Shown here one piece after another: positions 30,720 through 42,039 of a stretch of 64,000 nt of DNA. The position numbers and the translations under genes are program-made. Source of the DNA: Eledone cirrhosa (Eukaryota); contig OZ024752.1 of NCBI GenBank assembly GCA_964016885.1, forward strand, positions 34,844,001-34,908,000, written 5' to 3'. The stretch's first letter is position 1; each line of letters opens with the position of its first letter. A model generated the notes under the pieces. That model searched no databases. It was not told the origin of the DNA and saw nothing but the letters and a program-made list of their open reading frames with translations.

Positions 30720-31150
30720 TTCTTTATTAGATAGATAGATTTCTATTTATTGCCACTAGGGCGTAAAAGAAGGGGACAAATACAAGGGGGGAGTTTACAC
30801 AAAAAGGCGTGTAAAGAAAACAAATAACAAATATAAAATTAACAATAAATTTCTTTATTAGATAGATTTGTTTCTTTTATTTGCCACCAGGGCATCAAAA
30901 GTGGGACAAGTACAAAGGGGGGAGTTTACAAAACAAGGCGTCCTCAATAAGGAGGGGGCAATAACAATATATAAAAATAAAATAAAATATAACAAAAATA
31001 AAATTTCTCACAAAGTCCTCAATAGAGAGGAGGCGCCTTGGGGGGGTCGCACACACCCCCGAAAAAAAGTGTGCAACCCTTTTCCTCGGGAGCACAGAGA
31101 AGGGGTGCTCCCTTGGTCTTTCATCTTCCTCACCTATCCTCACCTTTATT
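30720..31150 (-). mobile_element. Non-LTR retrotransposon 3'-end fragments (same family as 898-1600)
   Basis: Two ggg.acaa.tacaa.ggggggagtttac units with AATAAA/(CTAT)n tails on minus. Confidence 0.5.
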
Positions 31151-31289
31151 AGATAGATTGATTTGTAATAACGAGGAGTGGTGGTGCAACATAAAAAAAC
31201 CAAATGGCTTCCACGAAACGTTAGATACATCTGCACTAACAATGTTTTGTTGTTGTTGCTATTGTTTTTTGTATGTTTGTTATTTTCTC

Positions 31290-31320
<31 letters not shown>

Positions 31321-31854
31321 TTTTAGCTATTTGTAAAATAAGTAGCACTTTCACTTCATAGTTCTTTGGTTGGCATCATGAAAGATATCATACTCCAAAT
31401 TTGCAAATATAAATATCCTAATTTTTCAGAACCGTCCACTACATTATCATATAGCAAAAAAAATAATTATAACAACACCTTTTTGTATAAGAACCCCCCC
31501 CCCCCCCCCCCCCCCAAAGACCCCACCACCACAAAAAAAAATGAATAAATAAAAAAACCAACATAGTTTTTTGGGGGTTTTTTTGTTTTTTTTGGCACCA
31601 ATAACCAAATATTCAAACAACAATCATGGTTAGGTACAAATAATACATCTTCGAAAAAGAAATAAGCCTCCAGCTGTTTTTTCCATCTTCTTTAGCCAAA
31701 GTATGCAGAGTATCTATTCTCATAGTTGAACTCAACTTGGCTGAGAGTGAGAGTAACTATTCTACAAGATGGCTGGAAATCATTTAAAGTGATACAATTT
31801 CCACTGTTAAAGCTATTAGATAAATTGTTGAGCAACTCTTTGCACACTAACCCC

Positions 31855-32840
31855 GTTACCATCGTCGCCACTACTATCGCCACCAGCACCACCAGCACCA
31901 CCACCAGCACCACCATTACCATCACCAGTACTACCGTCACCACCAGCACCATTACCACCACCACCATTACCATCACCAGCACCACCATTACCATCACCAG
32001 TACTACCGTCACCACCAACACTAATACCAAAACCATCACCGCCACCATCACCAGCATCGGCACCACAACAACAACAACAACAACAACCAGCACCAATACC
32101 ACCACCATCACCACTATCACCAGTACCACCACCACCAGCACTACAACAACAACAATAACCACAACCACAACCGCCACCACCGCCACATCCAGCAACACCA
32201 CCACAACAACAATAACTACAAGCACAACCGCCGCCACCACCAGCACCACCACAAGAACAATAACAACTACAACCAGCATCATCACCACCACCAGCTGCAC
32301 CCGCAATACAACAACAACAATAACAACAACCACAACCACCGCCACAACCAGCAACACCACCACAACAACAACAACAATAACAACAACCACAACGACCTCC
32401 TCCACTACCACCACAACAACAACAATAACAACAACCACAACGACCACCTCCACCACCACCACCACTACAACAACAACAATAACAACAATCACAATCGCCG
32501 CCACCGCCACAACCACCACCACCACAACAACAACAACCACAACGACCTCCTCCACCACCACCACCACCACCACAACAACAACAATAACAACAACCACAAC
32601 GACCTCCTCCACTACCACCACTACAACAACAACAACAATAACAACAACCACAATCGCCGCCACCGCCACAACCAGCAACACCACCACAACAACAACAACA
32701 ATAACAACAACCACAACAACAACAATAACAACAACCACAACCACAACCGCCACCACAACCAGCAACACCACCACCACAACAACAACAACAATAACAACAA
32801 CCACAACGACCTCCTCCACCACCACCACCACCACCACCAC
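31855..32840. repeat. (ACC/ACA)n low-complexity array
   Basis: Poly-Thr/poly-Val ORFs on both strands. Confidence 0.9.
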
Positions 32841-33136
32841 TTCTGAAAGTAATTCCCCAAATATATGTCTTTTGAACTGTTACACTAAATATGAATAACG
32901 GATCTTTAAGAGAGAGACTTTATACAAGAACTATTTTAACTCAACATTTCTCAATTCTTACACCAGATAAACAATTCTATCGTAGATGTTATATAAATAT
33001 TTAGAATACTCGACTGACAATATATTACGTAACACGACGAGGCAATCCGCTAATCCCTACCCCACTCACAGCTCACACACCACACTAAGTCCTATTAATT
33101 TTCAGACACATCTCGTATATATATATATATATGTAT

Positions 33137-33402
33137 ATAGTTATGTAATAAACAACATAAGGCAATTATATCATATACCAGTGGTTTCTTAAAAGCAAAA
33201 CAATTTTGCTTTCAATCACCAGAATGAGAAAATATCCAATCATCATTCTGATGATTGAAAGCAAAATTTTTTTGCTTTTAAGAAACCACTGGTAAATGAT
33301 ATAATTGCCTTATGTTGTTTATTACATAACTATTAAGCTCTGTTACCTACATAGAGCACTCTTTTTTCCTGGACTTTTCCGACGGAATTACTTCATTTAC
33401 AC
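33137..33402. mobile_element. Fold-back hammerhead element, family D (arms ~33137-33229 / 33243-33333)
   Basis: Diverged inverted repeat; tail gctct..agagc hairpin. Confidence 0.85.
33242..33300 (+). ncRNA. Type I hammerhead ribozyme
   Basis: atcatt-CTGATGA-ttgaaagcaaaa..tttgcttttaa-GAAA-ccactgg-TA-aatgat. Confidence 0.82.
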
Positions 33403-33420
33403 ATATATGTATATATATAT

Positions 33421-33620
33421 AGGAAAAGAGTCAGGACCCCGACGGCTGAGCTACGGCCATTTCGACAGCTAGATCAGAACTAAGTTCGGATCTAGTTGTT
33501 GAAACGGTCGGAGCTCAGCCGTCGGGGTCCTGACTCTTTTCCTATTACCCACTCTACTACCCTAAGTATTGAGTACTTTGGTGCGTTATGGTCCACCTGG
33601 TATCTTACCACACCTTCTTT
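33421..33620. mobile_element. Fold-back element pivoting inside hammerhead stem II
   Basis: Arms 33421-33480 / 33484-33543; right arm has GAAA-cggtcggagctcagccg-TC-ggggtcc but no CUGANGA. Confidence 0.7.
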
Positions 33621-33623
33621 ATT

Positions 33624-33755
<132 letters not shown>

Positions 33756-34262
33756 CGTGTATGCGTGCGTGTATGTGTGTGTGTGTTAGGTAATTGCGAA
33801 GGAAAAAAGAGTGCTCTATGTATAGAACAGAGCTATTTAATTAGAAAGTGAACAACACAGAATATAACTACTCCATTACCAAAGGTTTCAGGATCCCAGA
33901 CAATAATAATATACGCCTGGATCGGTCGTCAGGCAGAGATGTTATGGATAAAAAAAATATATATATTATTTACGTACATATATATATATGTACATATATA
34001 CGTACATATATATATGTGTGCATGTATGCATATATATATACATACTACTGTACGTCTGTATACATATATGTATGTACGTGTACATACTTATATGTAAGTA
34101 ACAGCCGTACTAAGAGTGGGAAATGGAATTTCGTTTCATTTTTTCCGTTTATCGTTTTCGGTGCACCCGGCCGATTAACCCACTCGATATGCAAATTGAG
34201 CTTCTCAGCTGTTAATATGCATAAGGTAAGTATATACGTTCAACAATCTGGCAGGAAGGTAT

Positions 34263-34305
34263 ACGTTGCTGACGATAGCTAATAAGCTTGAAACTAGTAC
34301 AGCGT
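34263..34305 (+). ncRNA. Minimal type I hammerhead
   Basis: acgttg-CTGACGA-tagctaataagctt-GAAA-ctag-TA-cagcgt. Confidence 0.88.
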
Positions 34306-34682
34306 TCCTTTGTCAGCGTTGAACAAACGAGCAACGATGGTTGCTAGACACTACGGCTTAATACGGCATGTTTGTTTACAAACACACCGAGCATTATAAT
34401 AAATGTTCGGTGAATCCATACGTACATATATATATGTGTGCATGTATGTATATATATATACATACTACTGTACGTCTGTATACATATATGTATGTACGTG
34501 TACATACTTATATGTAAGTAACAGCCGTACTAAGAGTGGGAAATGAAATTTCGTTTCATATTTTCCGTTTATCCTTTTCGGTGCACCCGGCCGATTAACC
34601 CACTCGATATGCAAATTGGGCTTCTCAGCTGTTAATATGCATAAGGTAAGTATATACGTTCAACAATCTGGCAGGAAGGTAT

Positions 34683-34725
34683 ACGTTGCTGACGATAGCT
34701 AATAAGCTTGAAACTAGTACAGCGT
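34683..34725 (+). ncRNA. Minimal type I hammerhead
   Basis: Identical to 34263-34305. Confidence 0.88.
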
Positions 34726-34966
34726 TCCTTTGTCAGTGTTGAACAAACGAGCAACGATGGTTGCTAGACACTACGGCTTAATACGGGATGTTTGTTTACA
34801 AACACACCGAGCATTAAAATAAATGTTCGGTGAATCCATACATACATATATATATGTGTGCATGTATGTATATATATATACATACTACTGTACGTCTGTA
34901 TACATATATGTATGTACGTGTACATACTTATATTATTTAATTAGATAATAAATAATATGATATAAT

Positions 34967-35039
34967 TATTCCATTACCAAAGGTTTCAAGAAACTAGACA
35001 ATCATTACAAAAACGTCCGGCCCTTCATCAGATGAAATA
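34967..35039 (-). ncRNA. Type I hammerhead ribozyme
   Basis: Revcomp tatttcat-CTGATGA-stem II-GAAA-cctttgg-TA-atggaata; related partial copy ~33870-33935(-). Confidence 0.72.
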
Positions 35040-35175
35040 GTTACCCATTATAACTATTTCATTTGATATACGTCAATACTCATCCTTTTTTTCCATACAG
35101 AGGGTTTTTTTTAAATCCTAACTAACAGACTAATTCTATTTAGTTAAATACGGCGTAAGCACATATTACTACCTA

Positions 35176-35231
<56 letters not shown>

Positions 35232-35339
35232 GAACGAGTAGGACCCCGACGGCTGAGCTCAAGCCGTTTCGACGGCTAATTCTGGACTGAGTACTTTGGT
35301 GCGTTATGGTCCACCTGGTTCCTTACCACATTTCCTTCG

Positions 35340-35396
<57 letters not shown>

Positions 35397-35429
35397 CGAA
35401 ACATAAGTCAATTGCATAATCCTTTATTT

Positions 35430-35485
35430 ACTGCAATATATATTTCGATGATAGCCATTGAATGGCTATGACCTCATCAGGCAGT
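35430..35485 (-). ncRNA. Type I hammerhead ribozyme
   Basis: Revcomp actgc-CTGATGA-ggtcatagccattcaatggctatcatc-GAAA-tatata-TT-gcagt. Confidence 0.82.
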
Positions 35486-35841
35486 TAGTCAGTTCTTAGA
35501 TATGCCAGCTCTGTGTTTATGGTGTTGATGGTATCAGAGCCTTGGGACAATATATGTTGATAATAAAACAGTAAGGCATTCTGATATTTAAAGCTCCAGA
35601 TGTGGTTTTTTTCAATATCCAAATGTAAATCAAGTAAATAATTTATTAAATGTATATATATATATATTTTTTTTTTTTATTAAAATAACAGATTAAAGTT
35701 TAAGCAAAGAATCACTGCTTTCACCCTTAACGGGATCTTCTGTTACGGTTTTCTTTGCTCTACGGTTCATATATATTTGATATATATTTATCCTTATCGA
35801 GCCCTCTTTGGATTTTAGTCTTCAAATTTATTATTATTACT

Positions 35842-35912
<71 letters not shown>

Positions 35913-36063
35913 TAGATATTTTATAAAGAGTTGCGACCAGACGGCTGAGCTCCTGCCGTTTCAATATCTATAAAATACCCATACACTAACTCTACAACCC
36001 CCAAGTATCGAGTACTCTCTTGAGTAATGGTCTAACTAGTTTTAAACTGGTTTTAGCCTGATT

Positions 36064-36105
<42 letters not shown>

Positions 36106-36302
36106 ATACATTAACAGAGAAAGCTTTAAGCTATACTCTGACTGGCTTCCATCTCACTCAACAAACATTAGGATATACCTTAGTATAATCCCAATTTTAC
36201 GTTTGGGGTGCTAACTATATGTATTTTGCGGATAGCCAGTTGTATTATTTTATATGAGACATAATTAAAATACATCTCCAGATATATATATATATTTATA
36301 CA

Positions 36303-36690
36303 TGTAAAGTTATATTTAAAATTGTTGGGTTACAACTAGTAAATATTTATAACTGATATAAAAGCACTCGACAAATATTTGGAGTATATTTACAATATTA
36401 AATAAATGGAAAACTATATTTATAAAACCATATTTATTTCATTATATATATTTCGGGGATATCATATTAACAATATGCTATACCTTCATCAGACAAAATA
36501 CAATATAAACAGTTGAAGTTGATGTTTATTACGGTATGTCGAATATATTTATCTATAAAACTGTTTATATTGTATTTTGTCTGATGAAGGCATAGCATAT
36601 TGTTAATATGATATCCCCGAAATATATATAATGAAATAAATATGGTTTTATAAATATAGTTTTCCATTTATTTAATATTGTAAATATATT
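36303..36690. mobile_element. Fold-back hammerhead element, family A, reverse orientation
   Basis: Hammerheads at 36435-36500(-) and 36573-36638(+), core CTGATGA. Confidence 0.88.
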
Positions 36691-36761
36691 TATATATATA
36701 TATAAATATATATATAAATATATATATATATAAATCAGGATAAAACCAGTTTATATATATA

Positions 36762-37349
36762 TACGATATTAACAAATGGGAACTATATTTATAAAACCAT
36801 ATTTATTTCATTATACATATTTCAAGGACACCAAGTTAAATTATGGTGTGCTTTCATCAGATAAAATATAATAAAGATCAGTTTTATAAATAAATATTGA
36901 CATACCCTTAAAGAATGCAACCATTACTGTTGGAAGCTCCCGGATAGTATCCGGGATATTATCCGGATAGTAATGGTTGCATTCTTTAAGGGTATGTCAA
37001 TATTTATTTATAAAACTGATCTATATTATATTTTATCTGATGAAAGCACACCATAATTTAACTAATGCAACCTTCACGGTTGGAGTCTCCTGGAGACTCC
37101 AACCGTGAAGGTTGCAATTTTCAGGGTATGTCAATATTTATTTATAAAACTAATCTATATTATATTTTATCTGATGAAAGCGCACCATAATCTGCCGCCC
37201 TTGAAATATGTATAATGAAATAAATATGGTTTTATAAATATAGTTTCCATTTGTTAATATATCGTATTTTTACTCCAAATATTTGTTGAGTGCTTTATAT
37301 CAGTTATAAAAATATTTGCTTGTTGTATCCCAACAATTTAAATAGAACT

Positions 37350-37352
<3 letters not shown>
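36762..37352. mobile_element. Compound fold-back element, family A-like, with three hammerhead copies
   Basis: Hammerheads ~36802-36868(-), truncated at 37037(+), 37163-37222(+); internal hairpins at ~36939-36954 and 37066-37116. Confidence 0.8.
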
Positions 37353-37408
<56 letters not shown>

Positions 37409-37458
37409 GTATGTATGTATGCATGTATATGTGTGTGTGTGTGTATTGGGACACTCTG

Positions 37459-37513
<55 letters not shown>

Positions 37514-37804
37514 GTAAGCTGATGTAGCATTGGTGTTTGTAGAATGTAGTGTGGCAGGTAATGGTAAGCTGTGGTATGGAATAATAGAGCTGGGAGGGGA
37601 GAATAAATTACGACAGGTACAGTAATTGCTGCCAGACAACATTAAATGGAATTATGGTTGGAATCTTGCAGTAATTTCATAGCGAAAATCAATGGAGAAA
37701 TGTGGTTAGTTTGGGGAGGTTCTTTTCCGAAATGTTTGAAAACTATTCACACGTGATTAGAGGAGTTTATTGTGAAATGAAGAGAAAAGCTAAATAAGTA
37801 GAAA

Positions 37805-39168
37805 ATAATTGGTTCAACGTTTGGCACAAGGCCAGCAATTACCCCCACTGTATTACTGGTGGTACTTTATTTTATCGACACCCGTAAGGATGAAAGGCAA
37901 AGTTAACCTCGGCGGGATTTGAACTCGGAACGTAAAGGGACATAACTCTATGCTGCAAAGCATGGCGTCTGACGCTCTATCGATACTGCCAATCCACGGC
38001 TCTAGTAATAATTGGTTCTACTTTTGGCACAAGGCCAGCAATTACCCCAGTGTATTACTGGTGGTACTTTATTTTATCGACCCCGTAAGGATGAAAGGCA
38101 AAGTTAACCTCGGCGGGATTTGAACTCAGAACGTAAAGCGACATAACTCTATGCTGCAAAGCATGGTGCTTGACGCTCTGCCGATATTGCCAATCCACCG
38201 CCATATATAGCTGTAGTAATAATTGTTTCTACTTTTGGGACAAAGCCAGCAAATTACCCCAGTGTATTACTGGTACTTTATTTGGATGAAAGACAAAGTT
38301 AACCTCGGCGGGATTTGAACACAGACCATAAAGGGCCGTAACTAGAGAGAAAATAATTGTTTCTACTTTAGGCACAAGGCCAGCAATTACCCAGTGCATT
38401 ACTGGTACTTAGAAAATAATGTTATTTGTGCAGTTTATAATCTTGGTTTATTTTTCATGTTTATTTTCTATTTTTTATGTTTTTGTTTTGGTTTTGTTTT
38501 TCTCCACACTATAATGGTTTCTAATATAGGCACAAGGCCAGTAATTTGGAGGGAGGGGAGCGGAAAGTCGATTAAGCCGACCTCAGTACATTACTGGTAC
38601 TTTATTTTATCGACCCCGTAAGAATGAAAGGCAAAGCTAACCTCAACGGGATTTGAACTCAGATCATAAAGGGCCGTAACTCTATGCTGCAAAGCATGAT
38701 GTCTGACGCTCTACTGATATTGCAAATCTACTGCCCTTCCCCACACTATAATCAATATGGATGGATGTATTTAGGGGAAAATGATACAGAAAAAAAAAAT
38801 AATAATAATTGTTTCTACTTTTGGCACAAGGCCAGTAATTACCCAGTGCATTACTGGTACTTTATTTTATCGACCCCGTAAGGATGAAAAGCAAAGTTAA
38901 CCTCGGCGGGATTTGAACTCAGAATGGCAAGGGCCGTAACTCTATGCGTCACAGCATGGCGTCCGACCCTCTACCGATACTGCCAAAATAATTGTTTCTA
39001 CTTTAGGCACAAGGCCAGTAATTACCCAGTGCATTACTGGTACTTTATTTTATCGACCCCGTAAGGATGAAAGGCAAAGTTAACCTCGGCGGGATTTGAA
39101 CTCAGAATGGCAAGGGCCGTAACTCTATGCGTCACAGCATGGCGTCCGACCCTCTACCGATACTGCCA
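37805..39168 (-). mobile_element. Cluster of ~7 tRNA-derived SINE copies or fragments
   Basis: Repeated ggcacaaggccag..ctggtactttattttatcgacccc..ggatttgaactc; 38806-39168 is a near-exact tandem pair. Confidence 0.85.
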
Positions 39169-39413
39169 AAATAATAACATAGAAAAGCTAGGGAAAGAAA
39201 ATAAAACAAAAACGAAAATATAAATAAAACAATCCGAAAACAAATTAGTAAGTGTAGGTCTGATCGTAGGTAGATGATTCATTAAGTGGTTGGAACATCA
39301 GCTAGGAAGAGGAAGAAATTGATATAGATGGGGAAATGGGAAAAGAAACCAGCTAAAAAAAACAGGGAGAGAGAAAAAAAGAAAATAGATTTCTATTTTT
39401 ATTATATTTCAAA

Positions 39414-40020
39414 ATGGATTGGCACTATCGGTAGAGGGTCGGATGCCATGTTTTCCAGCATAGAGTTACAGCCTTTTATGATCTGAGTTCAAATCCCGCC
39501 GAGGTTAATTTTGCCTTTCATCCTTACGAGGTCGATAAAATAAAGTACCAGTCACGCACTGGGGTCGATTTAATCGACTTTCCCTTCCCACAAAATTGCT
39601 GGCCTTGTGCCTATATAAGAAACTATTATTTTTCAAAATGGATTGGCAGTATCGGTAGAGGGTCGGACGCCATGCTTTGCAGCAGAGATACAGCCTTTTA
39701 TGATCTGAGTTCAAATTCCGCCGAGGTTAACCTTGCCTTTCATCCTTACAGGGTTGATAAAATAAAGTACCAGTCACGCACTGCAGTCGATTTAATCAAG
39801 TTTCCTCTTCCACCAAAATTGTTGGCCTTGTGCCCAAATCAGAAACCATGAGGGTGGTCGTTTGGCAGTAATCGGTAGAACATCGGACACCCCGCTTTGC
39901 GGCATAGAATTACGGGGAAGGGTAAAAGTCGATTAAATCGACCAGTCACGCACTGGGGTCGATTTAATCGACTTTCCCCTCCCCAAAATTGCTGGCCTTG
40001 TGCCTATATAAGAAACCATT
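39414..40020 (+). mobile_element. Cluster of tRNA-derived SINEs
   Basis: A/B boxes and core repeated at ~39414, 39638 and 39852. Confidence 0.82.
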
Positions 40021-40977
40021 ATTTTTCAAAATGGATGCCTGGGGAATTGAGAAGTTAGTTTTCTAACAACAGAAATCTCTTATGGTTAAACTGTTTGTCA
40101 AGAACATTTATTAACATCTGTTATGAATGAGAACCGAAAACACTTTGAACTAGAATGTTTAGCCCTTCCTTTACATAGTCATATTTCCTTTAACTCTATC
40201 CAATGAGGGATGATGAAAATTGCCTTGTTTTTGCAGTTGCTGACGGATATATTTCACTATTTGTTTAATGAAGGGGGAAAGGAAAGGAAAGGCTAGAGAT
40301 GTGCATGTGAAGAGAGTGAAAAAATATTGCCATTGAAATTTCATCCCGATAATTTCAGTTTGCCAACAAGAAAATCCATGTTGTTGAAAGAAATATAGAC
40401 ATCTCTAAATATTAAAGTTGAAATATCAAACTCTAACAATTTCTGTTTTCCACATCAACATTGGCAACGTATTTTAGTTCCTACCAAAAGATTTACTACA
40501 CTTCGTCTGATAAATGGACATCACTTAATTTATCTTCTTCATATGTAGAACTTTCTATATATTTTTCTTTAATTTCTCTCCCCCACCCCTACCTCCACTC
40601 CCCCACGTCATATCAATGTACACTTCCGCCTTCACTTCTCCCTTCTTTAATTTCATTTGCGGAAATGACGTCATACATTTTTCTTTCGTATATTTTTCTT
40701 CCATTTTGCTCTAACTTGTGGGAATCTCATTCAATATTTCCTATTTCCTTCCCCGCACTTCTTCCTCTACTCCGCCATCGCCACTAACTTCATTGAGTTA
40801 ACAAAGGAGCTACCACGTGACTGCTTCACCCGGTAGCAATAATAGCCGAATCTCCATCAAATCACACACTACCGATTATCTAACTATTGATTTACAATTG
40901 TGGTGTGAAAGACGAGATTGTCACAGCTGGAATGCGCTTGATCATTATTGCACTCGATCAATACTTATCTGAACTAC

Positions 40978-41281
40978 TCCTTCTTCTTCTTCTTTTTCTT
41001 CTTCATCTTCTTTTTCTTCTTCATCTTCTTTTTCTTCTTCATCTTCTTCTTCTTCATCTTCTTGAGTCATCTGATGCCTTGAGGCGGTGATGAGGCATTG
41101 ACAAAGTTCGAACCCCAGAGTCCTCAGTCAACCATTGTAGCAAGCAGATCCATTCCTTTAAAGCCTATGTCCATCTCGTTGATTGATTTTTCAATGTCAT
41201 ATACGGCCGGTCAACTCGTCTCATTGCATCCGGAGTCCAGAGGAGCAATCTTCCAGCGGGTCCATCATGGCGAGTGACATA
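40978..41281 (-). mobile_element. RTE-type LINE 3' end with (GAA)n tail
   Basis: LAGYVTRHDGPAGRLLLWTPDAMRRVDRP resembles the RTE C-terminal AGH..LLLW.P..RR.GRP motif. Confidence 0.65.
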
Positions 41282-42008
41282 GCCAGCAAGGGCCAGATTG
41301 ATATGGCCAGCAAGGGCCAGAGTGATATGGCCAGCAAGGGCCAGAGTGATATGGCCAGAAAAGGCCAGAGTGATATGGCCAGAAAAGGCCAGAGTGATAT
41401 GGCCGGCAAGGGCCAGAGTAATATGGCAAGAAAGGGCCAGAGGGACATGGCCAGCAAGGGCCAGAGTGATATGGCCAGCAAGGGCCAGAGTAATATGGCC
41501 AGCAAGGGCCAGAGTGATATGGCTGGCAAGGGCCAGAGGGACATGGCCAGCAAGGGCCAGATTGATATGGCCGGCAAGGGCCAGAGTGATATGGCCAGCA
41601 AGGGCCAGAGTGATATGGCCGGCAAGGGCCAGAGTGATATGGCTGGCAAGGGCCAGAGTGATATGGCCAGCAAGGGCCAGAGTGATACGGCCGACAAAGG
41701 CTAGAGGGACATGGCCAGCAAGGGCCAGAGTGATATGGCCAGCAAGGGCCAGGGTGATACGGCCGACAAAGGCTAGAGGGACATGGCCGGTAAGGGCCAG
41801 AGGCACATGGCCAGCAAGGGACATGGCCAGCAAGGGACATGGCCAGCAAGGGACATGGGCAGCAAGGGCCAGAGTGATATGGCCAGCAAGGGCCAGGGTG
41901 ACACGGCCGACAAAGGCTAGAGGGTCATGGCCAGCAAGGGACATGGCCAGCAAGGGCCAGAGTGATATGGCCGGCAAAGGCCAGAGTGACATGGCCGGTA
42001 AGGGCCAG
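41282..42008. repeat. 24-bp minisatellite, ~30 copies
   Basis: Unit gccagcaagggccagagtgatatg (ITLALAGH on minus). Confidence 0.93.
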
Positions 42009-42039
42009 AAGGACTCCATAACCAACTCGCAAACCATCA

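Larger units (their letters stand above)
33970..34930 (+). mobile_element. Tandem 420-bp hammerhead-containing repeat (~2.3 units), retrozyme-like or PLE pLTR array
   Basis: acacaccgagcatt at 34382 and 34802; identical hammerheads 420 bp apart. Confidence 0.9.

Noticed and set aside
31726-32898. 390-aa Thr-rich mucin-like ORF and antisense poly-Val ORF
   Set aside because: Trinucleotide low complexity lacks stops in several frames; cannot be supported as coding
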